Assembly: GCA_043228905.1 (NCBI GenBank)
Contig: JBHGNT010000392.1
Location: 1 to 28,910 of the forward strand
Source of the DNA: Azolla caroliniana
Lineage: Eukaryota > Plantae > Polypodiophyta
Length of the DNA stretch: 28,910 bases
Reading direction: 5' to 3'
Shown: positions 10,801 to 20,598 of the stretch, one piece after another
Numbering within the stretch: position 1 is the first letter of the stretch
Layout: every line of letters begins with the position of its first letter
The notes under the pieces: model-generated
What the model saw: only the letters and a program-made list of their open reading frames with translations
Database searches by the model: none
What the model was told of the DNA's origin: nothing
Position numbers and translations under genes: made by a program

Positions 10801-13800
10801 TGATAATAATGCTGATTTACAGGTCATTAACCTACATGATGTTGACATGGAATTGGAGGAAGAACAAGCCTCTTCTAAGCAAGCAAGAACAATTCCTAAA
10901 TGGCTGATTAACACCCTTATGGATAGCAAACCCAAATTTCCTCTTCAGGGTAAAACCCAGTCAACTAATCAGAAAGCTGAACTGCATTATCTACATCATG
11001 CTCTTACCGCTGAAGTTTGTGATGAGGAACCATTCTCTCTTAAGGATGCATGAGCACATGGCCATTGGGTTGAAGCCATGAAATCAGACCTTTGAGTCCA
11101 TTTACAAGAACACTTGTGAGTTATGTGATCTACCTAAAGGTAGAAATGCAATTGCCACCAAATGGATTTACAAAGTCAAGTGTAATGAGGACGTTAGCAT
11201 TGATCGTTTTAAAGCAAGACTTGTAACAAAAGTCTACAAGTCAGAGCTACAGTTGGAAGGTTCACCAATTAGACATTAAAACCACCTTCTTAAATGGAGA
11301 TTTAGAAGAAGTGGTTTATGTAACTCAACCTCCAGGTTTTGTCATTAAAGGTGCAGAAACTAAAGTTTGCAGGTTACTTAAAGCTTTGTATGGCTTGAAG
11401 CAAGCACTTTGAGCATGGAATGCAAAGATCCATGCTCATCTTCTTCAACTAGGTTTTGGTGAACAGCCCATGGAGAAAAATTACTAATTGTTGTGCTTTA
11501 TGTTGATGATTTGCTACTCACAGGACCTGATGAGCAAGAAATTGCAGATTTCAAAGCTGATCTTAGTAAGACATTTGAACTTACAGATCTTGGTCATCTC
11601 CATTACTGCCTCAACATTCAAATTATTACTGTTGAGGTGGGCATTTTTCTGAGACAACGAATGTACATCGAGAAGCTCCTACAACAATTCAGGTTTGAAG
11701 AGTGCAAGCGAATCTCCACTCCTGTAGAAGCAGGTTTCAAATTCTCATATCAAGACAAAGGAGAACCAACTGATGTACTCTTATACCAACAAGGTGTAGG
11801 TTGTTTTATATTTTTGTGCAACACGAGACCTGACATTCAATATGTAGTTTCGCAATCAAGCAGGTTTATGCATAGCCCTGGAACAAAGCACTGGCAAGCG
11901 GCCAAGCGGGTTTCCCGTTACCTCAAAGGCACTATGGATTTTAGCCTCTTTTATTGATCTACAAGAAAAACACTTGGGAGTTATTGATCTACCTAAAGGT
12001 AGAAAAGCAATTGCCACCAAGTAGATTTACAAAGTCAAGTAATGTGGATGGTAGCCTTGATTGTTTTAAAGCAAGACTTGTAGCAAAAGGCTGTTCCCAA
12101 AAAGAGCGGATAGACTATGAAGAAATATTCACCCCCACTTCAACGATGGTTACAATGAGAACTATGGTTACTATAGCCGCAAATGAAGGATGGAAGAGAC
12201 TAGCATAAACCTCTTCATGTTGATTAATGACTTGTAAATCAACATCATTAGCAAAAATAAATATCTGCTCAATTTCAGCCACATTGAGCAGATATTTATT
12301 TTTGCTAATGATGTTGATTTACAAGTCATTAATCAATATCTGCTCAATTTCAGCCACATAGAGCTGTTGTAAGAGACTAGCTTGCGCTTCTTTCACTGCT
12401 CTAAATCTATGATTTGGGCACATTGTTGCTTTTGCAAAACCTGCACATTATCTCCATGAGCTTGGAGTAGTTGACCACGTTCAATTGCTGCACTTTGGAG
12501 CAGCTCTAATAAAGCATCAAATGCATTTGGTTGATCAAGAGTGAGATATTTGGAGCAATCTACGAGTGGCTGAACAGCATTTTCAACAGTTGTAACCATT
12601 CGGCTGGCAATAATCTTACGACCGGTAAGCTTAGGTAATTTATAGTCTTCGCGTTCATCTTTACTGCTTCGTCTTGGAGCTTATGGTGCTGTTGTGGTGG
12701 ATGCATAATCCAAGCTTCCAAAAACTCCCATATGACCATTTTAAGCCTCATATGACGCAAGGGTGTTAAGTGCCTTGGACGTAGCTCACACACACCATAG
12801 CTTCAAACCAAAACTTGTGGACCACAAAGATCACGATGGAGAAGTTGAAGATTTATCATCAACACATTTGCATATTTAAAGAATGCAAATCTGTGCATCT
12901 TTCCTAGAATACATCCCTCACACGTATAATTAGATGGTATAAGAAGAGAAGGGAGACTGCATGCAATATCATGTTTGCTAAACCATGCAAGTCTGCTGAA
13001 ATTAAATGACCAAACTGTGCATGCCAAAGCTTAAGATAAGTGTTTGTCCTTTGCCAATGCACTTTATTCATAAAACATTTCTGATATATGTACAAATGCC
13101 ACTTTGGGAGCATCTTCAAGACTAAGAAATAAATTCACGTGCTTCGAAGAAACACTAGAAAAGTACCAAACATTATTAGACTCACTTACTAATAAGCACA
13201 TGTCATACTTTGAAGGATCATGCACAATGTAAATGGAGAAGCCCACATATGTTGTGAAACATACGCTTCTTCCTTTTGGCTAGTACAAGTGGTAACACAA
13301 AGACCAACTTGTTTTTTCTCCTCTTTACTGGCTTTCCTCTTTTGGCATTCACTAATGCCATGGTTTGGTTTATGATAGTAGTTGCACACCTTTTTTTCTT
13401 CTTCTAATTACAGGTAGTTGATGGCTCATTGCCTTTGGAAGAGAAGTTGTTTTGCTACAATCCATGTTTAGCTTTGAATTTCAAAGCTTGATCAGCCCTT
13501 ATCAGGATATCTCACTTTGATCGAGAGTGAAATTCTTGGCAAAATCTTGATACAAATTAGGAAGAGCTACAAGAGCTTTGGAAACTAACCGTTTATTTTA
13601 AATGAATGACGTCATTGATATCAATCTGTTGTTCCTAGTGATCATTGATCTTTGTCAAGAATGCATCTATGCGATCAGCTACCTTCTTGTATCTTTGTGT
13701 CATCAAGTTACCACTTGAGCATGGCAACTCTTGTTTCATTCCTTTGTGTATAGAGGTTTTTTTTGTGTATCTCAAGCACCTTTGGAAGTGGTGCATGATT

Positions 13801-16800
13801 GGATATGTGGAACAATACACCATTTTACCGATAGTGTAATGAGAACATGGACTGGAACATACTTATCATTTCACTTAAGTTGTCTAAGAGCAGGTTGTTG
13901 AGAAGCGTTTAAAGCAATATTTGCTCCAGTTCTTCTTGAAGAAGAGGGAGAATTTGAAGAACTCACAGTTGAATGTTCATTACGGCTGATGATAATGTCC
14001 CATTGCTGCTTTGCAACCAATACAAATCTCATCATGAATGCCCACATTGGATAGGTAGCACCATCCAATGTATCCTTTGTGTTAAGCAGATCAAAACTAT
14101 TACAATTTTGGTTACCATTTTAAGAATAGTGTAGAGCCATATAGCGCAATTAGTGATATTAATGATGTGGCAGATCTTTTTCTAATTGATTTACACTAAA
14201 CAGAAATCCAACTTGGCTAAAAGAATACTAATTGTATTCCAATCTGATTTGCCAATTGTAAATACTCCAAAGGATTGGCTCAAAATCTACTTGTTAAGAT
14301 GTAAAGATGGTGAAACATGTCACTGCGTTCGCTGCTCTCAATAGGATTGAGAAAGGAATCTCAACTTCTTCTGGGATCAATTGTTAAGAATGAAAAAATC
14401 TCAAACTAACTCACATTATAGGATTAAACTAAAGATAGAGTGGATTGAGGGAACAAGCTTAAATGAATTAAGACTATACAAGAAGGTTAGGACAACATTT
14501 CTCTAAGAAGGGGTTCTAAATGAATCCTGAGCTATTAAAAAACTAGTTATTATATGTTTGATGGTTGGTTACTATAACCAAGAAATCATGAAGTAGTTAT
14601 AAACAAGAGATCATGAATTAGGAAGCCCAACAGTTATAACCAAGAGATCATGCAAATGTTTCCATGAAAGGATTTAGAAAGTTCAAAAGGATGCCCATGG
14701 GACTTCGGTTGCAAGGGGCATAAGCCCCTTCAAGTTTTGCTCCAGATCTATTCAGGCTGCTGAAGAATTCATTCTTTGCAATAGTACAATCCTTGGTAAT
14801 CTTAAAAATGTCACCACAATTATGTTTCTTATTTTCAATGAAAGAAGACAAATTTTCAAAAGGATGCCCATGGGACTTCGGTTGCAAGGGGCATAAGCCC
14901 CTTCAAGTTTTGCTCCAGATCTATTCAGGCTGCTGAAAAATTCATTCTTTGCAATAGTACAATCCTTGGTAATCTTAAAAATGTCACCACAATTATGTTT
15001 CTTATTTTCAATGAAAGAAGACAAATTTTCATACTTTAAAGGATTGACAAGGATAATTAATGCCATAACAAACCGAATAGATGCAGTACATGCAAGCAAA
15101 AGTGTACTGTCAGGAACTGACCAGCCTGATTCAGCTGCCCAATGGGTTGCCTGCAAATAGAACACTAAAGTTACTTGAATGAAAAACTCACATGCAACAG
15201 CAAATATATTTAGCAAAAACTAGCTTCTATTATCAGCATGCAGTGTACCAAATTATTTTGCGGTGTCATCATTATCAAAATGTATAACTAGTATACATTT
15301 ATGTCAGCAAAATCTTGTATGCAGGATATTGGACATTTCTTTCTGCTGGATGGTACATGGTAATTGGTGAGATGTTTCCATTTCAGTATATTTTGGCCTC
15401 CGGAACTATCATTAGTGGATGATTACTAGTTCAACTGAAGAGAGACCAGAAATGTTCCTGATAGGAATGAGAAAGACATTGATATTCTAGCATTGCTTTT
15501 GTGGTTTGTTGAAAGCCTAAAACTTTTACTTGATCTAGAATGTTTGTTGTAGATGCAATTCGAAACAAATAACTAAGGGATGAAGATACGACTGCAATGG
15601 ATATTTTGGGTTTCTCCGATGAGGATATCTGTCACATCTGTATCGTTAATTCTCAAGAAGAGACTTAGGTTTTGGACTCCTGAGAAGCAGATTCTTATTG
15701 AGTCCTTATTTACTCAATGGATCCACACTTTCCATAAACATCTTGGTAGAACGAACGATCTCACCTCTAACGATTCAATAGCACCTTTTTGTTTTTTCAA
15801 CATGCTCAAAAATATTTTTGGGTAACGAACGTTTTCTAATGTGATTAGCATGGGGGTTGTTTTATAGCAGTTAGCATGTGCTTGGGGCTGCAAATAGAGT
15901 TTAAAGAAGCCCAGCTTTGTGCATCATCACTTTGCAATTCTCACAGCTCTAATGCTTCAAGATCTCATTAGACTTTCTACTTCGTATATCACTCCCTTGA
16001 TTGATTGGTTTCCATGGTAGAAAGACCGAGGGAGAAATCTAATGAGCTGATATGAATCCTTAACCATGTTCCAATTGAGCTGATATGTCAAGGATATAAA
16101 TAAATTTATGCATATACATATGCATTCACATATAGAACATAAAGATTTTCTGTATAAATGTTATACATTTAAAAAAAAACTTGTATTAATGTATATGGGA
16201 CACATCCATAAATATTAACCTGCTGAATGCAAACTCCAGAAACAGCAATTGCAGCACACGTAGAGATAGAAGCTCGAAGTATATCCTCCCTTGTTATAGG
16301 AGAAAGAGAATCAATAGAGTCCAAGCTATTATCCTTCCTCCGAGTGTTATCTACATCTGTTTTGAGCGATAATTGAGTAACATCTGCACTTTGAATCTTG
16401 ACAGAATCTTGAATGTTTCCATCATCCAGTGGTATTGAAATATTAGGCTTCTTATGTACAGAAGATTGCTTCCTCTTCCCCTTGACCGCCTGAATGAATA
16501 AATTAAAAAATTCTTGTTTTATTACACCTTTAATCTTATTATGCCGAAAATTCACATGTCATAAAGATAGATCCATCAATACAGAAACTATAAAGTAGGT
16601 TTGCAAAGGAGCAAAAGAAAGATGTAGGCTAAAAATTAAAGAATGGAGTGTCCTTATTTGAAGTTGAACTAGGTCTAGAAGGTGTTAGCGGATAGATCAA
16701 AGCTCTATTAATTTATGATCATGTTTAGTTCCTTTACATTGCCCTTGATTGGTCATATCTAAAACTAACAACCTTTATTAGAAAATGAGGACCTGCGGAT

Positions 16801-17626
16801 AGTGTATCCTTGATGGTGTGACTGGATATTTCAAAACTCTACTGTTTCATTTATGACCACGTTAGTTTCTTCTGTAGCACTTCTGATTGGACATATCTAA
16901 CCCAAGGCCTTTACCACCAAATGATGATATCCTAAAGATAAATCCATCTAGTTCTTGATGGTTAATAATGGATATATCAAAGCTCTATTACATTATTTAT
17001 GACTGTGTTTATTTCCTCTACAATGCTTCTGATTAGACATATCTAGACCAAATTTAAGTTATTCCAGAAATAACCCTTATGAATGGTGTATCCTCATTTG
17101 GCATTAGGTATTATGAGGGAATCGTGTGTGGCATTCAGAATTACTTGCCCTTATCTAAAATGATTAAAATTCATATGTTTGCCAACATAAAACTAGATTT
17201 TCATGAAGCTTATACACATAGACAACGGTTCATATTTATAAAACCCTAATTGATGGAAAAATGCACAGAAGGTTCATCTTGAAGTAACAAGTAAAAGAAC
17301 CGCTCTGGATGAACCGTTCCAAATACAATACACAGTTTTAGTTCCTTTAATAAAGGACTAATTTATCGGGAGCAGAATCATCCTGAAAGGAAAAAGAAAA
17401 ACAAGTTTGGGAGGAGTCATTCTGACGAAATACACAGATATACTTAAACATGGTAATGAGAAGGACGAGGTTTCCATCCTTCAAAAACACAAACCCTAAT
17501 TGAAGAATTGAACTAAAAATAGGGGGGGGAAAACCAAAAAACCAAAAAAGCTCTGATAAGTAGTACCTCAATGGGAAGGTAGCGATGGAAGCTTGATATG
17601 GGGGGGCTGCTGGCAAAGGACGCCAT
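4706..17626 (-). CDS. CPBP family (CAAX protease type II / Rce1-Abi-like) intramembrane metalloprotease, probably plastid-targeted; exons 17626-17567, 16489-16220, 15150-15090, 6768-6644, 6535-6473, 6391-6267, 4850-4706 (849 nt, 282 aa)
   Basis: All six introns are GT-AG and the phases (0,0,1,0,0,2) give one ORF. CPBP motifs EExxxR (LSEELLFRG), FxxxH (FGLLH) and HxxxN (AHSANN) are present, plus [16 protein letters not shown]. The N-terminus [15 protein letters not shown] is Ser-rich. In-frame upstream ATGs exist, so the start is not certain. Confidence 0.92.
6267..6391 (-). CDS. CPBP gene exon 6
   Basis: [41 protein letters not shown](W); AG/GT flanks. Confidence 0.92.
6473..6535 (-). CDS. 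CPBP gene exon 5
   Basis: [21 protein letters not shown]; AG/GT flanks. Confidence 0.9.
6644..6768 (-). CDS. CPBP gene exon 4
   Basis: (Y)[41 protein letters not shown]; aatgtag acceptor, gtaatg donor. Confidence 0.9.
7000..7368 (-). repeat. 3' LTR of copia B (distal end approximate)
   Basis: Begins TGTTACAG 2 nt after the polypurine tract; homologous to 14408-14592. Confidence 0.65.
8580..11955 (+). mobile_element. Degenerate Ty1/copia element A: LTR (start uncertain, ends CA 9444), PBS, gag/protease deleted, integrase and truncated RT
   Basis: PBS TGGAATCAGAGC 9447-9458; [18 protein letters not shown] ~9735-9880; integrase [23 protein letters not shown] (10049-10765); [24 protein letters not shown] (11050-11955); many stops and frameshifts. 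Confidence 0.88.
9447..9458 (+). promoter_or_regulatory. Primer-binding site (tRNA-iMet type), element A
   Basis: TGGAATCAGAGC, one mismatch to TGGTATCAGAGC, 2 nt after the CA LTR end. Confidence 0.75.
11955..12193 (+). mobile_element. Second copy of the copia RT N-terminus (probably an inverted piece of element B)
   Basis: KNTWEL...[28 protein letters not shown]; paralogous to 11100-11230. Confidence 0.8.
12220..12336. repeat. Perfect 54-bp inverted repeat with a 9-nt loop
   Basis: 12220-12273 is the exact reverse complement of 12283-12336; loop ttcagccac. Confidence 0.97.
14330..14690 (-). repeat. 5' LTR remnant of copia B (ends approximate)
   Basis: aactcacattataggattaa...ttaggac...taagaa...tcctgagctatt aligns by eye with aactcacagaataggattaa...ttaggac...taagaa...tcctaagctatt at 7149-7270. 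Confidence 0.6.
14682..15031. repeat. 173-bp tandem duplication (2 copies, 1 mismatch)
   Basis: Copies start at 14682 and 14855; ttca microhomology at the junctions; gctgaaGaattc vs gctgaaAaattc. Confidence 0.97.
15090..15150 (-). CDS. CPBP gene exon 3
   Basis: ctatttgcag acceptor; [20 protein letters not shown]; phase-1 donor matches exon 4, 8.3 kb away. Confidence 0.82.
16220..16489 (-). CDS. CPBP gene exon 2
   Basis: ttcattcag acceptor; AVKGKRKQ...[26 protein letters not shown]; donor gttaat. Confidence 0.88.
16690..17095. repeat. Diverged tandem triplication (about 134-146-bp unit) in CPBP intron 1
   Basis: Units start at 16690, 16824 and 16970, sharing ggata..tcaaa.ctcta...atttatga...tgatt.g.catatcta. 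Confidence 0.85.
17567..17626 (-). CDS. CPBP gene exon 1 (transit-peptide-like)
   Basis: gctATGGCG context; [20 protein letters not shown]; donor GAG|gtacta. Confidence 0.72.
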
Positions 17627-18603
17627 AGCCTCGATCAGACTCGGGGGGACCAAAGACAAGACAGAGAGATCTGAGAAACACAGCATTACATCATCAGACG
17701 TGGTGGTGTCTATTTGCAGCCAAATCATAAAGAGTCCTTCCAGGCGAGGGGATCTCGGCATCTCGGCCACGGCCACGGACGGTGCACAATGCTCAGCTCA
17801 AGGCGCCGCCGTGCGATCTGCACCGTCAGATCTTTATCCAGAACAAAATGGTGCCATTTAAAAAGCTGCCACCAGTTGCCCACCTGACTCCGACACCCTC
17901 AGCCGCCGCCCCGACACTACTACCTGAAGCTACTTCACTTCATGATATTTAGTCACCTGACATTTGTTACCTGAATCGCCCGACTTCACTCTCCTCAGTC
18001 GCCCGACTCGACACTTTTCAGCTGCCCGATTCAATTTTATACATGTGTATAGCTGTGGTGTGAGAGGAGCATTTTGAAAATTTTATTTTTGTGGTGACCC
18101 AAGGGCGGGGAAAACAAAGAAGATGTCTGCACAAATCGAAACCTTGGCAGACGGTTTAGGGATTTTAGTGTTCAACGCGAGCTGCCTTCTCCTTTTGGTA
18201 ACTTCTCTTTCGACTTCCTTGTTCCCCTTCCTCCTCATTCCACTTCTCTTTCAAATCTTCAGTGTGTTATAACTTCATTCCCTTTTTATTCTTCTTCTTC
18301 TTTCATCATCCATTCTAGAGTCTTGGCTCCTCTCCCTAGCTTCTAAGGTTTTACCCTCTCTCCCCTTCTTCTCTACTTTAAAAGTTTTTTAGGGTCGTCT
18401 TTTTGTAAGAAAGATGCATCTTAGTATATTACTTGAAAATTGTACATAGAGAAAACAAAAGGAGACATTTCATCTCACTTCTATTGTGATACAAAGGCTA
18501 GTTTAAGCATCTAATCAAATAGATGATTTGATATATGAAACAATAAATATAAGCTATGCAACATAAAAGAAGGTATGTCATAATTCCACTTCAAACTAGA
18601 AGT

Positions 18604-20585
18604 TGTATTTGAAAATTAGTGAATTCCTTGCCATTGGTTCTTAAAGGCCATTTGCCATTGCCATCGATTCTTAAAATATTTTTAGGGTTTCACATATTGC
18701 TTAGTATTAGCATAAAAGGTCGAATCCTTCCACTTTGTATCCTTAGTGTGAACACATCCTCTAGCTAGGGCTCGAGTATATAAGTTCAAACCTAACATTG
18801 TAAAGAGTACTCTCGGAGAAAAAGGGTTATAGGCCAAAGAATAAGAGAGAACTTCCATTGAAGCTTAATTTGTGTCTATCCTTATACTTCGTCTTCTCGT
18901 TGTTGCATATCCTTGTTGTTTGTTGTACACATATGTCCTCATATAATCTTCCGCATTCATCTAACATATCACAACAACAAGTGGTATTAGAGCGACCTTG
19001 CTGTCTAGCGGTAACGAAAAGCAAAAAAAACTGAGAAGATAAGCTATCTAGCGGAGAGAAAAGACCAGGACAACAATATCTATCTTCTAGAAAAAATAGC
19101 AACACAATCCGACACAAATGTGGAAATCCGGAAGTTCGACGAAAAGAACTTCGCCCTATGGAAAGAAATGATGCAAGAAGTGCTAATCATCATGAGATAG
19201 GTTGAAGCCATTCAACACAACGATAAGCCGACTTCAATGTCTGTTGAAGAGTGGAGATCCATGGACGAAATCACACACTGCACCATTCGAACGCACTTGG
19301 CTGAAAACGTCTATTTTAGTATGGCAAAGGAGACAACTGCATTCTATTTGTGGGAGAAGTTACATGTAGTGTATGTGAAGAAATCCTCCTCATCAAACTT
19401 GATACCGATCTGATAGTTATTCAACATGAAGATGAGAGAGACAGACCCGACTACCTCCCACATCAACACCTTCAGTCAGGTGTTATCTAAGCTCTCCTCC
19501 CAAGGGATTAACTTTGAAGAAGAAGTTAAAGCCCTTGCCCTCCTTTCAAGCTTTCCGGCAAGTTGGGAGGTATTTTGCATGACCTTTGCCAATAGTTGTT
19601 CGAATCTAAACCTAGATGAGACAATTGGACAAATCCTCACAAAGGACATTCAGCAAAAATTGATGGGACTTACCATCGATGAGTTGGCAGAAGGCCACCA
19701 CTCAACCGCATTGATCGAGTGAACAAGTTGAAAGAACCAGTCGGAACACCAGTCGACCAAGAAAGAGGGGAGTCCGACAATGGTCGAAGTCGAGGAATAG
19801 TCGATCAAGTGATTTCTGCACTCATTGCAGAAAAATTGGTCATAATATTTCCGACTATTGGTCGATCAAGAGGAAGGAGAACGGTCGGCGATTCGAGTGG
19901 AACTCAAGATGATTGACTCAAACCGTTCTCCAATCGGCAACCAAATCAATGTTTTCGACTCTCGATCAAGAGAAATTCTCTCTCTAGAGGACTCGATGAT
20001 CGGAGAAGTCCTATACAGTGCGCAAGACGCACAACCGTGGCTACTGGACTCTAGTGCCACATTTCATGTCACCCCAAATATCGAATGGTTCTCAGACTAT
20101 TTGGCCGGCGCCAACAACAAAGTCCGACTAGGAAATGGGTAGGAGTGCATAATCGTAGGGATCGGCGAGGTTCCCATTCAATTGCCAAACGACAATACCA
20201 TCACCCTGCACCAAGTTTGGTACGTATCTGTGCTGAAAATGAGTCTAGTCTCCATCGGCATGCTAGCCGAAGCCGGGTACAACATGACTCTCAGTGAGTC
20301 ATCATGGATGATTAGCCGAGGAAATTTGAAAATCGGGAACGGATACAAGTACAATAACTTGTACCCATTGATGACGATCGATCCAGAAGGGGTCGTGAAC
20401 ATAACCAAATCGCGGGACTCGAACCTATGGCATGGCTGACTCGGTCACATGTCGCAAGCTTGATTAGACTGATTGATGGAGATTGGTTACATCCCGAAGC
20501 TCCAAACAAAGACGAAGTTCTGTAAGCATTGTTGTTACGGGAAACAGACCCAAAGTCAGCACACTCTCCACTACGAGATGGTACG
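18604..20585 (+). mobile_element. 5' half of degenerate Ty1/copia element C (LTR to 18979, start approximate; PBS; gag; protease; GAG-pre-integrase)
   Basis: TATA-like tatataag ~18777; PBS TGGTATTAGAGC 18982-18993; gag IRKFDEKNFALWK and KALALLSSFPASWE; protease WLLDSSATFHV; LWHG*LGHMS; CKHCCYGKQ; then truncated. Confidence 0.88.
18982..18993 (+). promoter_or_regulatory. Primer-binding site (tRNA-iMet type), element C
   Basis: TGGTATTAGAGC, 2 nt after CA. Confidence 0.8.
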
Positions 20586-20598
20586 ATAACTGGGGGTT

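Larger units (their letters stand above)
7000..14690 (-). mobile_element. Ancient degenerate Ty1/copia LTR retrotransposon B filling CPBP intron 3 (outer ends approximate)
   Basis: Minus-strand order: gag ([14 protein letters not shown] ~14070), Zn knuckle [14 protein letters not shown] (~13389), GAG-pre-integrase [20 protein letters not shown] (~13030-12890), linker to ~12200, RNase H ([29 protein letters not shown], 7960-7560), PPT AAGGGGGA (7371-7378), then TGTT at 7368. Segments 7149-7290 and 14408-14592 are homologous direct repeats (LTR pair). Joining both halves into one element is an inference. Confidence 0.75.

Noticed and set aside
14752-15216. 154-aa minus-strand ORF
   Set aside because: Read-through of the real 61-nt exon 3 into intron and the 173-bp duplication; not an independent gene
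16920-17035. ATGATGA...CTGA resembling C/D-box snoRNA boxes
   Set aside because: Antisense to the host intron, box C is not kept in the other repeat units, and no rRNA guide was recognised
14573-17095. Repeat-spacer patterns as a possible CRISPR-like array
   Set aside because: Eukaryotic intron context, only 2-3 diverged copies, spacers are homologous or irregular, and there are no cas genes
17627-17776. In-frame N-terminal extension of CPBP exon 1
   Set aside because: Upstream ATGs exist, but ATG 17626 has the better context and gives a transit-peptide-like start; unresolved without TSS data
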